From the NCBI GenBank assembly GCA_951406725.2, contig OX597817.1, positions 87,936,001 to 88,060,000 on the forward strand: a stretch of DNA of 124,000 nucleotides. The letters run 5' to 3'. The notes below the pieces were generated by a model. That model had not been told where the DNA came from, made no database searches, and saw only the letters and a list, made by a program, of their open reading frames with translations. The translations under genes were made by a program, and so were the position numbers. This document shows positions 77,401 through 92,009 of this stretch, piece after piece (the stretch's first letter is position 1; each line of letters opens with the position of its first letter). The DNA comes from Octopus vulgaris. Taxonomy: Eukaryota.

Positions 77401-80400
77401 ACGAGGACAATGCAAACACACACACACACATTCATGCTCAAATATACATACATATGACAGGCTTCTTTCAGTTTCTGTCTACCAAATTCACTCACAAGAT
77501 TTTGGTTGGCCTAAGGCAATAGTGAAAGACACTTGCCTTAAGGCAACATACAGCTGGAGTGAATCTGACACCATTCTTATATGTATGAGAGGAGAAAGAG
77601 AGAGAGAGAGAGCATAATGAGTAACATACTAATATATTTGATATGATAGTGCTATAAGGTATTTCCAGTAGATTCTCTGTAAATGGCATATGGCTAAAAC
77701 AACCATCAAATTTTCATAAAATGAGTACAACAGCATGTTTAGTGTATTGAAGGAGAAGCTGAGCATAAGAGGAACTAGTTGCAGTATGCAAGTGAGAAGG
77801 CTGCACTTGTTTGGTTAAGTGATGTGTATGGATGTAAACAGTCACATAAAGGAGTGCCAATCACTTAAAATGGATGGAACTTGTGGAAGAGGGAAACCCT
77901 GGAAGACATAGGATGAAACATTGAAGGTCAATCTCAAGACACAGAGCCATATGAAAGAGATGACTAAGGACTGAGATATCTGGCGCATTATAGTACACAA
78001 GAAGACCTGTCCACCACAGCAGGATTAATATCAGTTCTGGCATCACATAAAAAAACACTTGTACCAGTTCCACGTTAAAGGCACTGGTGCTGGTGCCACA
78101 TAAAAAGCACTCAGCATACTCTGTGGAATGACTGGCATTAGGAAGGGCATTCAACTATAGAAACCATGCCAGAACAGACAATGGAGTCTGGTGCGGTCCC
78201 TGGCCTTAACAGCATGGAAAATGGATGTTAAATGATGAAGATGATGATGATAAGTAGAAAACGACAAAGATAAGTTATTAAAAGCAGTTGTTCTATATAC
78301 CTGATTCCATTCATTGCTGTAAAGTTGAGGAAGCAGATCAAGGTATTCTAAATCCATAGTTATATGTCTAGATACCTGCCTGGAGAAATTTCTGAAAATA
78401 ATGAAAGGAAAATATAATACATTAATAGGTAGATCCAAAGTGAAAAATTATTCATCAAATGATTTTACATTTGCCTGTCAGGATAATAATATTTCATTCG
78501 ACTACAAGAGTACACAGAGTGCATCATTTGATGACAGAAGCATGAGGATATTTCATCATTTATTGCTAACTAGAATGATAACTAGTTTAATAGAATATTG
78601 ATCTGATCTCAAAAACTGATAACAGAAAGAGGAAAGACTAACACACTTCATGTCTTACTAATTATAGATACAAGAGAATTGCTTTTATATAGATAGTGAG
78701 ATAGTGTTGTGTACATATGTGTGTGTGTGTGCATGCCTTTGAGAAAAAGTTAAAGGAGGTCATATTGACAAATGTCACTCGATACAATTAATAAAATATT
78801 TGAGGAATTAATTTACTGATATTATTACCTAGCATGGTTGCAGAGTACTTTCAAATCTGTATTTATAATATACATAAGGGTAGACTTCTCTTCAAGTGCA
78901 GTAACAGTCACTTCTGGTACAGGTGGTGATGGATCAGTTATAGGAGGGGGGCCTAGTGGAATGCTGTGTGTTTTTAACCGGTTCAGAATTCGAGTTGTGG
79001 CTAGAAAAGAAAATAGAAAGACAAGACACAAGAATAAAATCAAAAACAAACAAAAAAAATGACAAACCTTATTGACTTTATGATCACTTTATTTATTTTA
79101 TGATCACCTTAGTGATTTTATGATCACCTTATTTATTTTATAATCACCTTATTTATTTTATGATCACCTTAGTGATTTTATGATCACCTAATTGATTTAT
79201 GATCACCTTACTGATTTATGATCACCTTATTGATTAAATGGTTATATTGCTCTGTTGATGGAAAGATGTTTGTGGAGATGTATATCTGAGGACAAACTAT
79301 TGTCTCTTGCAGACTGCCAGTTAGACAGTAAGCTAGCATATATCTGGGTATGATTTTAAACTACATAAAGTAGTGGGGCCCTGGTTCAGTAGTTCCAGGA
79401 TTCTGAAGAGTATGGAACCACCTCTTAGCCATTACTGTTCCCAACCTATGGATTAATTAGCAAGTCAGTTGGGAAAGTGGAGCTTGATAGCCTGGAGTGG
79501 GGGGGGGACCCATCTACATAGTGGAAAGAAAATAGAGTTGTAAATGCCCACTGCCCTGCAGCTATACCTAGCCATGGGAAAGGCTCTGAGTATAAACCCT
79601 GAGGGGGGGGGGGGAATCAATAGTCAGAGTCCCTGAGGCAGTTTGACATTGTCTACAGCCTTGTTCTGGCAACTCCTGTGATGATACTGGTGCCAAACTG
79701 TAATGGCTATGCTATTCCTTTGGATTCATCAGTGATGTAGGGAAGGATGGGAGTAGGGGAAACATGCTGCATGGGCAACAACCTGTCCTTCATACCATAC
79801 TGAACAGGCTTGGATCCTTTCAAACAGACTATACCAGAGTGACAGAACCAGACTACACTACAACCCAAACAGTACCAGGACAACCCACAAGTGCAGCTTG
79901 TGTGGAAGCAACTGCCATTCATGCGTTGGACTGTTCAGCCACAGACAACACTATTCCATTAAGGCAGACAACTAGGATCCTTACCCATGGTTGTTAATGA
80001 CAGACAGAGGTCAAAGAATTTGTTATCAGCAGATATAAGACATCATCTGTCTATCACAGGTGATACTTTCAGAAAATTTCTTATAGCTATTCCTAAACAG
80101 AAACACTTAGATATAAATATTCCAAAATACCTGCAGTGAATATGATTTTACTATATAAAAGCTGAATACTTCTCTGCAATCCCAGAATTCAATGTCATTT
80201 GGGTCTCAGTGAAGACATCAACCTCATGAAATATTTAAGTCCATGTGACAGAACCTATCCTTCTACATCTTACTGGCAACCAATAACAAAAATTTTCTTT
80301 ACTTCTTGTAATTATTAACTGAAAATTTAGGAAATAAAAATCTAAATGAGGTGCTTCACCTAAGAAAATATAAATATACTAACCAGTACTGACTCTGAAG

Positions 80401-83400
80401 TTAGAATCAGTTTTACTTTTCTGCTTATATTGATGATGGTAACTCACAGTAATTTCTTCAGTCCACACAAGTGCCAACGTTACAGATTCATATGTAAGCA
80501 TATTCATATCAATTAACTCCATCCAAGGACTCTGCAAAACAAAAAAGTTTCCAAGTTAAAACATCTTAAGCTATCAATGAAATATTTCAAGTACAACTAT
80601 TCATGAAGTTTTACATATCAGATAATTACATAACTAGAAACAAGACATGTTAATGTAAAGCTCTATGATATTTACTGTATCTAAAGGCATAAAAGATGCT
80701 CAGGCACATTAGATGCACCCCTCATTTCAGCAGCGCATATTCAAATAAAAAATGTTTAGTGCATTAATGCATGTAATATGGGTCCCACTACACATATAGG
80801 GCTCAGGGTGACATTTTGAGACATTTTTTGTTAAAATAAAGTATCTTATAAGCCGCTACCTCCATGCTGCCGTCATCACTACTACCACCACCATCTTCAT
80901 CATCATCATCATTTAACATTTGTTTTCCATACTGGCATAGGTTTGGTGGTTTGACAATAACTGACCAGCTGAAGAGCTGCCCAGGCTCCCTGTCTGTTTT
81001 GGCATGGTTCCTAAGGCTGGATGCCCTTCCTAATGCCAACCACTTTACAGAGTGTACTGGGTGCTTTTACCCAGCCTGGCAACGATGCTTTTAAGTGGCA
81101 CTGGCACAAGTGCTTTTTACATGGCACCAGCAGCCACAAGCCCACAAGATTAGGATCTGTTGTTTAAGGCGGTGAGCTGGCAGAAACGTTAGCACGCCAG
81201 GCGAAATGCTTAGCGGTATTTCATCTGGCATTACGTTCTGAGTTCAAATTCCGCCAAGGTCGACTTTAAGTACCAGTTACGCACTGGGGTCAATATAATC
81301 GACTTAATCCATTTGTCTGTCCTTGTTTGTCCCCTCTGTGTTTAGCCCCTTGTGGGTAGTAAAGAAATAGGTATTTCATCTGCTGTTACGTTCAGAGTTC
81401 AAATTCCACCAAGGTCGACTTTGCTTTTCATCCTTTCGAGGTTGATAAATTAAGTACCAGTTAAGCACTGGGGTCAATGTAATCGACTTAATCCCTTTGT
81501 CTGTCCTTGTTTGTCTCCCCTGTGTTTAGCCCCTGGTGGGCAATAAGGGAATAAAATTAGGATCTGCTGTGGACTGATACAGTCAGTAATGTTAGTCAGT
81601 GAGGTACACTGTTGTCCCACAGAGACAACAAAATATGTTGTCTATAAAGTGGGACACAAAAGGAATGCTCAGCTGAATTGGGATGCAAGGAACATGCATG
81701 TCTGCAAGGACAATTTTACTTAGTTGGATGTATCTTCTCAAACACAGTAAACTGCCAGGAACCATGGTCCTTTGTCATCCTCTCTGTGACACCCAATGTT
81801 TGAAGATCCTTCCTCACCTCTTCATCTCACATCTTCTGGAGTCTACCCCTTCCATTTGTTCCCTCCACAATTAGAGATCAAGTATAGTATTTCAATAGTT
81901 TTAGTTTATATAAAACTGGTTTGGTTAAATTCTATGAGTAATCATTACTTGGAGTATATGAATAAAGATGGCTGATATAGTTTAAACCAGCAGGGAAACA
82001 TTAAGTAACTGAAACAGAATATTGGGCTACGTAGTTTAGACAGTGTACAAAATATTGTAGCTAAGATAGTGCATCATATGATACTGATGTTTCTAAATGG
82101 TATGGGTAAAGCAAATCTGATTGACGACTGTAAATAGGTATGACATATGAATGGCAAGAGGCTTGGATTTCAAAATCTTTGTAACATTTATAAATTGCAC
82201 CAAATACCTGATTTTCTAACCTGATGGAGTTTGAGAAAATATAGATATTTTTCAAATACAATTATTATTATATATTAGATATTTGATAAAAGAATGACAA
82301 GTTTTGCTTTAATCACAGTTTAAAACATTTCAGTTCATTTATGCTACAAATAAAATTAGGAAAACATCAAAAAATGATATTTTCCAATTTTGTCACCACG
82401 AAAAAAATAGGTCTTCAAGAGTAATCCAAATAAGCCAATAACAACAATTTAACTAAGTACAAATTTCTTTAATTTTTTACAAAACTATATTCAACATCTT
82501 GTCTATGGATCATAAGACAACACCAGCTGTGAGATATACACCCATAACTCAACATGATTTCTCTACCATCTGTAAGATATACACCCCAATCTGACTTATT
82601 TAGCCTTAATGAGCTGATTAACATTTAGTTTTATTACAATAACTAATAACCAGTAAGTCAAATAAAGAAACCTAAAAGACAACTGATTCATATCAGCAAT
82701 TCAATCCATATATATTTTATAGTAAGATTAATTAATAATATTCATTTTACATTCAATTAAATGTGAAACAGTTTAAAGCAATATTGACTGAACAAACAGA
82801 AAATGTCAGTAGCATAATATATATATATATATATTATGCTACTGACATATTCATATATAAAGTGTGTGTGTGTATACATGCAAGTATGCTCGCATGCAAA
82901 TTATTGCCTATACACAAATACATTATTATTAATTAATCTTAATTAAAAATAAGAAAATGTTTGTATGATATCAGAGAAATAAATAAACCCACCTTATCAC
83001 AGAAAAATATCTTCTGCAAGCGCTCAGAATCATATTGTGTTGGAAGTGCAGGGAGATATAAGGTAGCTTCATGAAGTCGAGGTTCATCCAGCCAAAATTG
83101 AAAACTCTCAAATAAGCTGAAAGGTGTAGGAGAAAATATTTTCAATTATTTGACACTTCTTGAAATAAGTTTTATTCTCTTCATACTTACACTTACATAC
83201 ACATACACATTTGATTTTAACATTTACAAACATAAACATACACAGATTCGCCAACACTACACCTGATTTTCTCCCCTTCATACACACAAGCATGTATCTG
83301 ACTCATACATTGTCCGCTTTCCAGACATTTGTACATTACTGCATACCCTTTATACACACTTTCTGACAAGTTGTGGTGCACCTGAGCACTGTATACAATA

Positions 83401-83403
83401 ATT

Positions 83404-83439
<36 letters not shown>

Positions 83440-86400
83440 CATAGAATATTGGTTTGTCTCTCAGTGTATCAAGAGCTTCCAAACATTCAGAACAATATCC
83501 AACATAAAAAAAAAGCAACTCACTTTTGTAATGTTGTATGTAATTGAGTATTTAACGACTTCTTTACGGTTTCCTCACATTCTCCTTTCAAAGATTCTAA
83601 AGAAAGGCAACTGGAAGATTCAGACATGGGTGGAGATTCTAAAAATGTACACAAGAAACTATTATTAGATTTTGTCACTGGCATAGGTACTTTTTAAAGG
83701 TAAAAAAAAAAAAGAACATAATTGTTTTTAGATTAGTTCCAGTATGTCTGTGACATATTTTAACTTCTAAAGCTAATTTCACTGCAATTTACTGTGGAAA
83801 AAAATTCTCACTTATGGTAAAGGTGTAAATTCACCATGATCAGTTCGGTGGATTCCTCTCTTGGACTTTTACAAGCATTTCTGGCTCATTATGAGATAAC
83901 CCTGAGTCTATATAACACAATCTTCTCTTAATCAAAAAGAATTCATGTTTTCAGACCAGCTACAAAATGAAACAAGAATATCAAAGACCACCTGGACATA
84001 CAATAAGTACAGTTTGTTGCCACAGCCAACTTCAACATAAACAGTCCCTCCCATGAAAAGCACTTCCAACCACTCCAAAACATCTCTACAATAGAATCCT
84101 TAAGTTTACAAGTCTTCCACTTAGCCCTGACAGACATTAAAATAGAACCAGATACAGAGAGGACTAGAAAAAACATTAAGTACAACATTAGTTGAAATAA
84201 TGTGCTAAGAATGCAGCGCAACACAAACGTGCAGAAGAACACTATCATGCTCTGACCCAATCCATCATACCTGCCTGCATAGTAGTGACCACAATATCTA
84301 CAAACATACAGGCAAGCAAGAGTATCTTTGTGTGGCCATTAAACATACTAGAAACAGCAACCAAATCCCAGTCTACCATATTTCAATAATGTGATCATAG
84401 ATATCCCGAAAAAATAGCATAATTATGACTGAAATGCCTTTAATCATGGGTCTGTTTGATCATAGTAGACCTGGGGCTAAACAACAACAAGAGGCATACA
84501 GAAACAGATTTAACAGTGGAGAGAATATAACATATCTATACTGGCACACTGAATCTCATTTGATTCATCACTGCATATCAAAGTGTACTCTAAGATTGTT
84601 AACAAGGTTGAGCCAATGGAATAATAGATGAAAGGGTTGAACCTGGTTGTTTGGCTAACTACTACATACCATAGAACTATACAACCAGAGCTGACCTATA
84701 TATTGCATAACAACATCCAAAGAATTCATCTTAAGAACAATGAAAAGCAAAGTTAACTCAAATGAGATTTTTACTCAGAAAATAAATGAAAGTAAATACA
84801 TTTTGTTGAGTATATTATCATTTCTATCATTCCACCCAATTTGACACGAGCATACATAAAATATTAAAAAAATTAATACTGACTTCTACCAGAGGCATAA
84901 GATCATAAATAATGACTTTTGTCAAAGGTAGCTACCTACAAATAATAGAAGATGGAGTATAGTCAATTTAAACAACACCATACTTGACTGGTTCATCTCA
85001 GATTGCTTGTGCTCTGACATAAAGTATATATGTACACAACCAGGTATACACACACCATATACATGTATATATAATATAGTATTGTTGATGTTCATGGAAA
85101 TGATCATCTAAAGAGCACTCTATTTTTTTCTATTGCAGAGCTTACACTAGATGCACTAAATGGGGTTGATTGAGTGTTAGGGGAGATTAAGGAATAGATA
85201 TTGTAACTAGGTTGGACTATTTGAAAGTTCCAGGTTAGCTACTGCCAAGTTCTTGATAAAAGTTCATGTGGAATATTGTTTCTTTTGAAAGGATAGTTGG
85301 TTTAAGAAAGGTCAAGGTGGCTTCAGGATTGTAAAGTCAAAAGCAGAATATGCAAAAAATGGAACATTAAAATGAAAGAACTGCTGAGTTCCAGAAATAA
85401 TGGAGAAGTGCTGTTAAGCTGACATCCCTCACCTGTGTTTTCTCCTTCAGAACCTTTGGCACTCTGTAACACAGCAATATGGTGCTGAACTACATCCACA
85501 AGTTTCTTTTTCATTTTTTTCAGCAGGTTTCGGTAACTGAGGCTTTCAAAGAACCGGTTTCCATTGCTTGCTCGTTCTGGTAAGCTGTGAAATACAATAC
85601 AAATATTGTTGCAGATCTATAGAAAAATGAAATTCCAAATAATCAGCTGTAACAAAAATCTGTGATAAAATATGTAGGAGTTTGACTTTAGAGAAGTTGA
85701 TGGCAAACAAGAAGGGAAGAACAAATGGAATGAACCATAGTGGAAGAGAAAACCAGATGACATCTCTGACTTAAGAATAATTCAGAAATAATATTATAGA
85801 TTATATTTACTTTATCTGTCAGAATGCATGATATAGATTTTTAAGAGAACAGCTGGTTAGTTATTAATCTAAGATAAGTTAAAGCAGGAATATAATTAAA
85901 CAACAGAACAAGAAAACAATTATAGTTGCTAAATACTAGTTCACAATACAATTTATAATGTGAAAATAAAACTCTGTATACTGACAAAACAAGAAAAAAT
86001 TTGTAAATATTGACAAAAGTGGTAACTTCATATAACAGCAACATTGGAAAGACAAGAAAAAGGTAAAAAGAATGATCAGAAGAATAAAGGAGCTTTCAAA
86101 AAGTGTAAACTCATAGGGATCATACAATATACAACATACAAACAACAATGAAATCAAAAATAAAATTATGACAATAGGTAGGATGATGAAACATTTCCCA
86201 ATGTATTACATTTCAGGTGACATATGTAGAAATTTGACATTAGAGGAGACATTAATGGCAAACAAGAAGAGGGGAAGAACAAATGAAATGAACTATAGTG
86301 GAAGCGAACAACAAGATGACATAAATATTACAGGAGGCATTAATAAGATTATATTGTAATTTTATGAGAAGTGGAGCCTGCTATGTAATTTCTATAAAGA

Positions 86401-89400
86401 AAACTAAGAGCAGAAATATAACCTCAAAGAAAATGGGTTCTTTTGAAACTAGAAGCTTTTTTTTTTTTTGAGACACTGTAAAATAAAACAGAAATAATTT
86501 ATATAAATGCTACTGCAAGCTAGGAGAAAAGTTGTGCACTACAAAAATAAAGCAATCACTACATGTTAGAAAATAAATTACACCTACACATAATAGAAGA
86601 AAGGAAAAGACATGCTCAGCTGAAAAGTTCCTGGATCTGATTGTATACAAGAAGTCTGTTTGAAATATTTCATCTTATGCATGGAGAGATGGCTACACAT
86701 CTAAAAACTCATGTCACTATTGATAATCAAATATCTGATTAGATAGGGGAAAAAGTTTAAATGGTTGGTATTTAATGAACCATAACATGTGTAAATGGTC
86801 ATTGAACTTCTCTTGAAAGATTAGCTTCTACCAATGGAACAAAAAGTGGGAAGACAAAAAAATTCAAGTAATGAACAACCATCCCTCACTTGAGAGGAAG
86901 CTAAAATGAAAAATAACAAACAGCCATCAAACATGTGAGTTATATGAATTAATTTCAATAAAACCTCTATAGCTGTACATTCCTGGATTGTCAAATATTC
87001 TCATTATGCCTGGTAAAATGGATCAGTTGTTTGATTTGCTGACCAAGTTTTCTCTATCCTAAGACAATTCGTAAAGACTATAGGACTGACTATGAGACTG
87101 ACCAAGTTTCCTTTGTCTAAGGACAGTTTCTAAAGACTAACAAATTGTGAAAAATAAATCATTCACACATTTGAACAAGTTATATGCAATTATATCTCAT
87201 GAAAGGAAAGTATAAAATAAATAAATTTGTAATCATTGATAACTATAAATTAAATGATATACCTTCCAGGTGTAATAGATCTTCCCAAGTAGAGCACAAA
87301 AAAGCGTTGCCATATAAGAGGCAATATAGGATGATCATTAGGAGTGTCTACTGCTTGCTGAGCCCAACGGTAAATATTGAGACGATGGAAAGCAGAGATT
87401 GTCTTTAACTTGAGTTTGACAGCAGATTTCTGAAATAAGTCAAAAAAAGCAAGAAATGTTCAAACATATATTTCAAATAACATGTTAGTCTAAATCTGTA
87501 AATGTTTAATAACCTATAGGTATATAATTTAGAAGACAACCATTTCTGTGATTGCATTTCAGGTTAAAATAATAATACAAAACAGTAAACTAACCTTCCA
87601 GGCTTGTTCCACAGATATTTTGGTATTTGATAAAAGCTCTTGTTGTATAGTAGGCCATAACAGTGTACATTCTTCATACTTTCCTTCAATGCTGAGAATA
87701 AGGTAAGCTAGCCATGGAGCATCAGGTAATGATTGTTTTTCCATGAATGATGGCAGATTCTGACCAGCAGCAATCCAATTCACAAAAGATTCTACAACAC
87801 CCTGACTTCTGTATTCTGCTAACATACACTGAAAATAAACACATAGCAATTTCAAATACAAACAATTTAGTTAAATGTCACTATGCTCTTGGTACTGACA
87901 TTACTTTCAGCTTCTTCCTTATCACTTAACCCTTTCAATACCAAACTGCCCCAACCCACCCTTGATTATATGCTACAAACTTCCTGTTTTTACCCTTTAA
88001 CATTCAGATTAATCTGTCAAATGCCTTGTTTATTTATTCATAAATTTTGTAATTACTCATGAATCATCTCATAGTTTCAAGATTTCAATGAGTTTACCTT
88101 TAGAATGACAATGTAGGATAGGTGTGAGAGGCTGGACCTGGCCAGTTTGAACGAAAAACAGACATAATATTTGGGCCAGATAAGGCCAGTTTGAATGTTA
88201 AAGGGTTAAAGTGATTTAAAGTTAAATCTTCCATAAATCTATGTTTCAAACACCAGTTTAATAATGACTAATTTAATTTACTAAATTCTTCATTATTTTC
88301 AAAATCAATTGAAACAAAGGAAGTATTTTTCAAACAGAAACATGGTAACAAAAGAGATGAGGTGCCTCTGAACTCAGGATGAACTACTGCAGGTTTTAGT
88401 GTCTCTAGGGGAGATTGCAGTAGAAAAAGCTCTTGGAGACTTCTCCTGGTCCATAACATATGGATTCAGCATATGAATTTAAAAATTAAACATTTATTCA
88501 ATTATTCAGTGTTCCCACAGCTTAAACTTTTAGCATTCAGATTACTCTATCAAATGTAATGCTTATCTATTCACATCATTTTGAATTAATCATGCATTAT
88601 CTTGTAGCTTTGACATTTTGATGATGTGATTATATATTTTTAGAATGATATTGTAGGATAGGTATGAGAGGTCAGATCTGGCCAGTTTAAACATAAAACA
88701 GGTAGAATATTTGGGTCAGATATGGTTACCTTAAACACTAAAGGGTTAAAGTAGGAAACCAAACTTAGGCATGGTACTTATTTTTAGAAAAGTGAACTAA
88801 GCCAAAGAATATTTCAGCCATGATTACAGTGAACCTCCATCAATTAATACAAAATCTTTTTAATTTGCTCGGCTGAAACTGCTATCATTATATTGTGTAA
88901 ATCAAAATATCTCAATATCAGTTTTATAACAGCTTTCATATACAAGCATGAATTATTTAGGACTGCAGTACCACATATTTTCAGTTGAATCCATTCTTTT
89001 TATCAAATCTTTTGACATATATCTTAGTTAATTGCCTACCATCAACCACCAACACACAACACTTCTTTGTCAGTTTTAATCATCATCATTTCTTTCAATG
89101 TCCACATTTCCATGCTTAATTGAGTCTGACAGAATTCACTGAAACAGATTTTCTATAGCTGGATGCCTTTCCTGTCACCAACCCTCACCTGTTTTCAAGT
89201 AGAGTAACAGTTCACTTTGGCCAAACATTTTCACAAAAGACTGTAAATAAAGTATACCACTTGTATGATACTCAGACTCGTTTACAGCTATGACACAATG
89301 TTTCAACAAGAAAATACTAACACCCCATGCCATGCCCATATGTGTGTGTGTATTTCCGTCTATCAAATCCACTCACAAAGCATGTCCCTTAGTGGCTGAT

Positions 89401-91964
89401 GATATGTGCATCCCTGATCACAAGCAGGAGTAATAGGGGTGCATCAAAGCCATGTGTTGAGAGGGATTCTTTGAGGTTTGAATAAACATAACAAAAGCAA
89501 ATCTTGAAGAAAATATTAGCCATTTTTCACACTTTCTAGGGGTAAGAAAATAGGAAATGACAGTTGCTACCCAAGGACAAAAATCGTGTTTCACAGTGTT
89601 ATTATTGCACTAATTCAAATAACTATTAGCATTTCCCATACATCATGAAATATTTTCTTAGTTTCACATAAACTAGTGACAAGAAGCTATTTACTTGATA
89701 CTGTTCTGATAGAAGGGTCTCAATCTTCTTCAGTGCTTCTACATAACGGAATGCACTTCGCACAAGGTTGTCCAGCACATAACAGCAGTTTCTATCAAAA
89801 GAACAGAAAGACATTGTAGCATATTTTTTTATCATTTGTTTGAAATATATGACATATAAAATTGAATTTTATTCACACCTTACTCCAAAAGTTAAGCAAG
89901 CAACACAGTGGTGTCCCTCCAAACAACCATACACACAGGCATACAATAATTTAATATTACTGTGATATTTCTACATAACAAAATTTTAACAAATTACTTT
90001 CCCTAATAATGATTTCAAAATTGGCACATGGCCAGCAATTTTGGAGAAGTGCTCAACTGGTACTCTTTTTATCAATCTCAAAAGGATAAAGGGCAAAGTC
90101 AACCTAGACAGAATTTGAACTAAAAACATAAAGACAGACAAAATGCCACTAAGCATTTTGCCTAGGATGCTAATGATTCTGCCAGTTTGCTGCCTTTACC
90201 TACCCTAATATTGAGTGATTTAAAATATTATTCATAACTAATAAATAATAATCCTGGATTTCATTAATAACTGTTTAATATAAGATAATCCACAAAATAA
90301 TCTAATATTTTACAGCAACTATATAAAATGGGGAAGAAGATGAAGAATGAATTTAACACAAATGTTATATTCATTACAATTGTTTCTATACAATTCCATT
90401 TCTAACCACACCGCTGTGCTTGAGTCAAGTATGTCAACATCAACATCAAAGTAAAAATTAAATGGAAATTGTAGTTATGATACTCGTGCTAGTGGCATGT
90501 AAAAGTCAAAGTGTATGTGTGTGTGTGTGTGTGTGTGGTGAAGGCATGTGGCTTGGTAGTTAGGGTGCTGCAAACACACTCATAAGATTGTGGATTTGAT
90601 TCCTAGGTGGGTGGTATGTTGTGTTCTTGAACAAAACACTTCATTTCATGTTGCTCTGCAATCACTTCAACATCAGACGTGTGTGGCACACTGTGCACCA
90701 CTACAGGCAAAATTGGTTTGATAGAGGAAGTAAGTGATTTGATTACTATAAGCAAACCATTTGTACAGGTTTTTCAGAAAGAAATTGCAGAACCCTCACC
90801 TGTTAATTACAACAGGAGAGTCCAACACACACAAATATTTAGAGCATTTAACCAGTAATTACACAGCCTAATATCTGGATATGTATCCACAAAGGTCTAA
90901 TTAATTACCTGTAAATTTGAAAATGTAAAAAAATTACCTGTCCAAACTCCATTTTGGAATTTTCAACATCAAATGAGCCCATAATGCAATGACAGTCACA
91001 GCATCCGCAGGACAATTTGTTGCTTGTATTTGAGTCTAATAAATAAATAGAGGCAAATGAGGAAGTAAAATAACAAAACTACATTCAGATATTAAAAAAA
91101 AATACTGAATTTGTTAAGTTATATAATAATCTCTAGTCACTTTACCAGAATCATGGAATTAAATAATTTGGTCATGGCACCAGGGAAATCAGAAGAAATA
91201 AGGTTTTTTGCAACTCGCATAGGAGTTTCGTCAGCAAGTAAGACATTGTGGAGTGTTTTTAAAAACCTGCAAATAAAAGAAAGTAAGGTGTAAGAGGTTT
91301 CAGTAAACCTTTAGTAAAACATCTTGTTAAACCTTGAAATCCTAAATTTTCAACTAATGAAAAGATGCAGCACACAATTTAAGTCATGTATGTATATATA
91401 CATATAATAAAGTTGAATCAAGGAAACCAGTGGAGGCACATGGCTTAGTGGTTAGGATGTTGAGCTCATGATCGTGAGATTGTGGTTCTGATTTCTGGAC
91501 CAGGTGATGCATTGTGTTCTTGAGCAAAACATTTCATTTCACGCTACTCCAGTCCATTCAGCTGGTAAAAGTGGTAAACCTGCAACGGACTAGTGTCCCG
91601 TCCAAGGAGAAAAATATACACCAAAGAAACCAGGAAACTGGCCTATACTCCACAGAGTATTGTGGAATAACCAATAAAACCAAATATTAATATTTTAAAT
91701 GCATTTAATACACATGTTTCAGATGATTATGCAAGAGAGAAAAAGAATTTGCCTATTACATAATACGTTCTTCAATTAAAACATTTCAAAATATAAAGAT
91801 ACAGTATTATTATACATTTTACAACTCTAAGTCATTACAAGCTAGCCTGTCCTTACTTCATTTACACAGGTATTCTAAAAAGGATTTGGAATGGTTTGTT
91901 CTACTGGATCATGAGTCAAAAAATTCTGGTAAAATGTATTGCTTCTGAGCATAACATGCAATGT

Positions 91965-92009
<45 letters not shown>

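Noticed and set aside
85381-85432. Apparent non-canonical EPG5 junction (LFLELSS|LFES)
   Set aside because: Resolved by the canonical donor at 85432 and the small exon 83524-83596.
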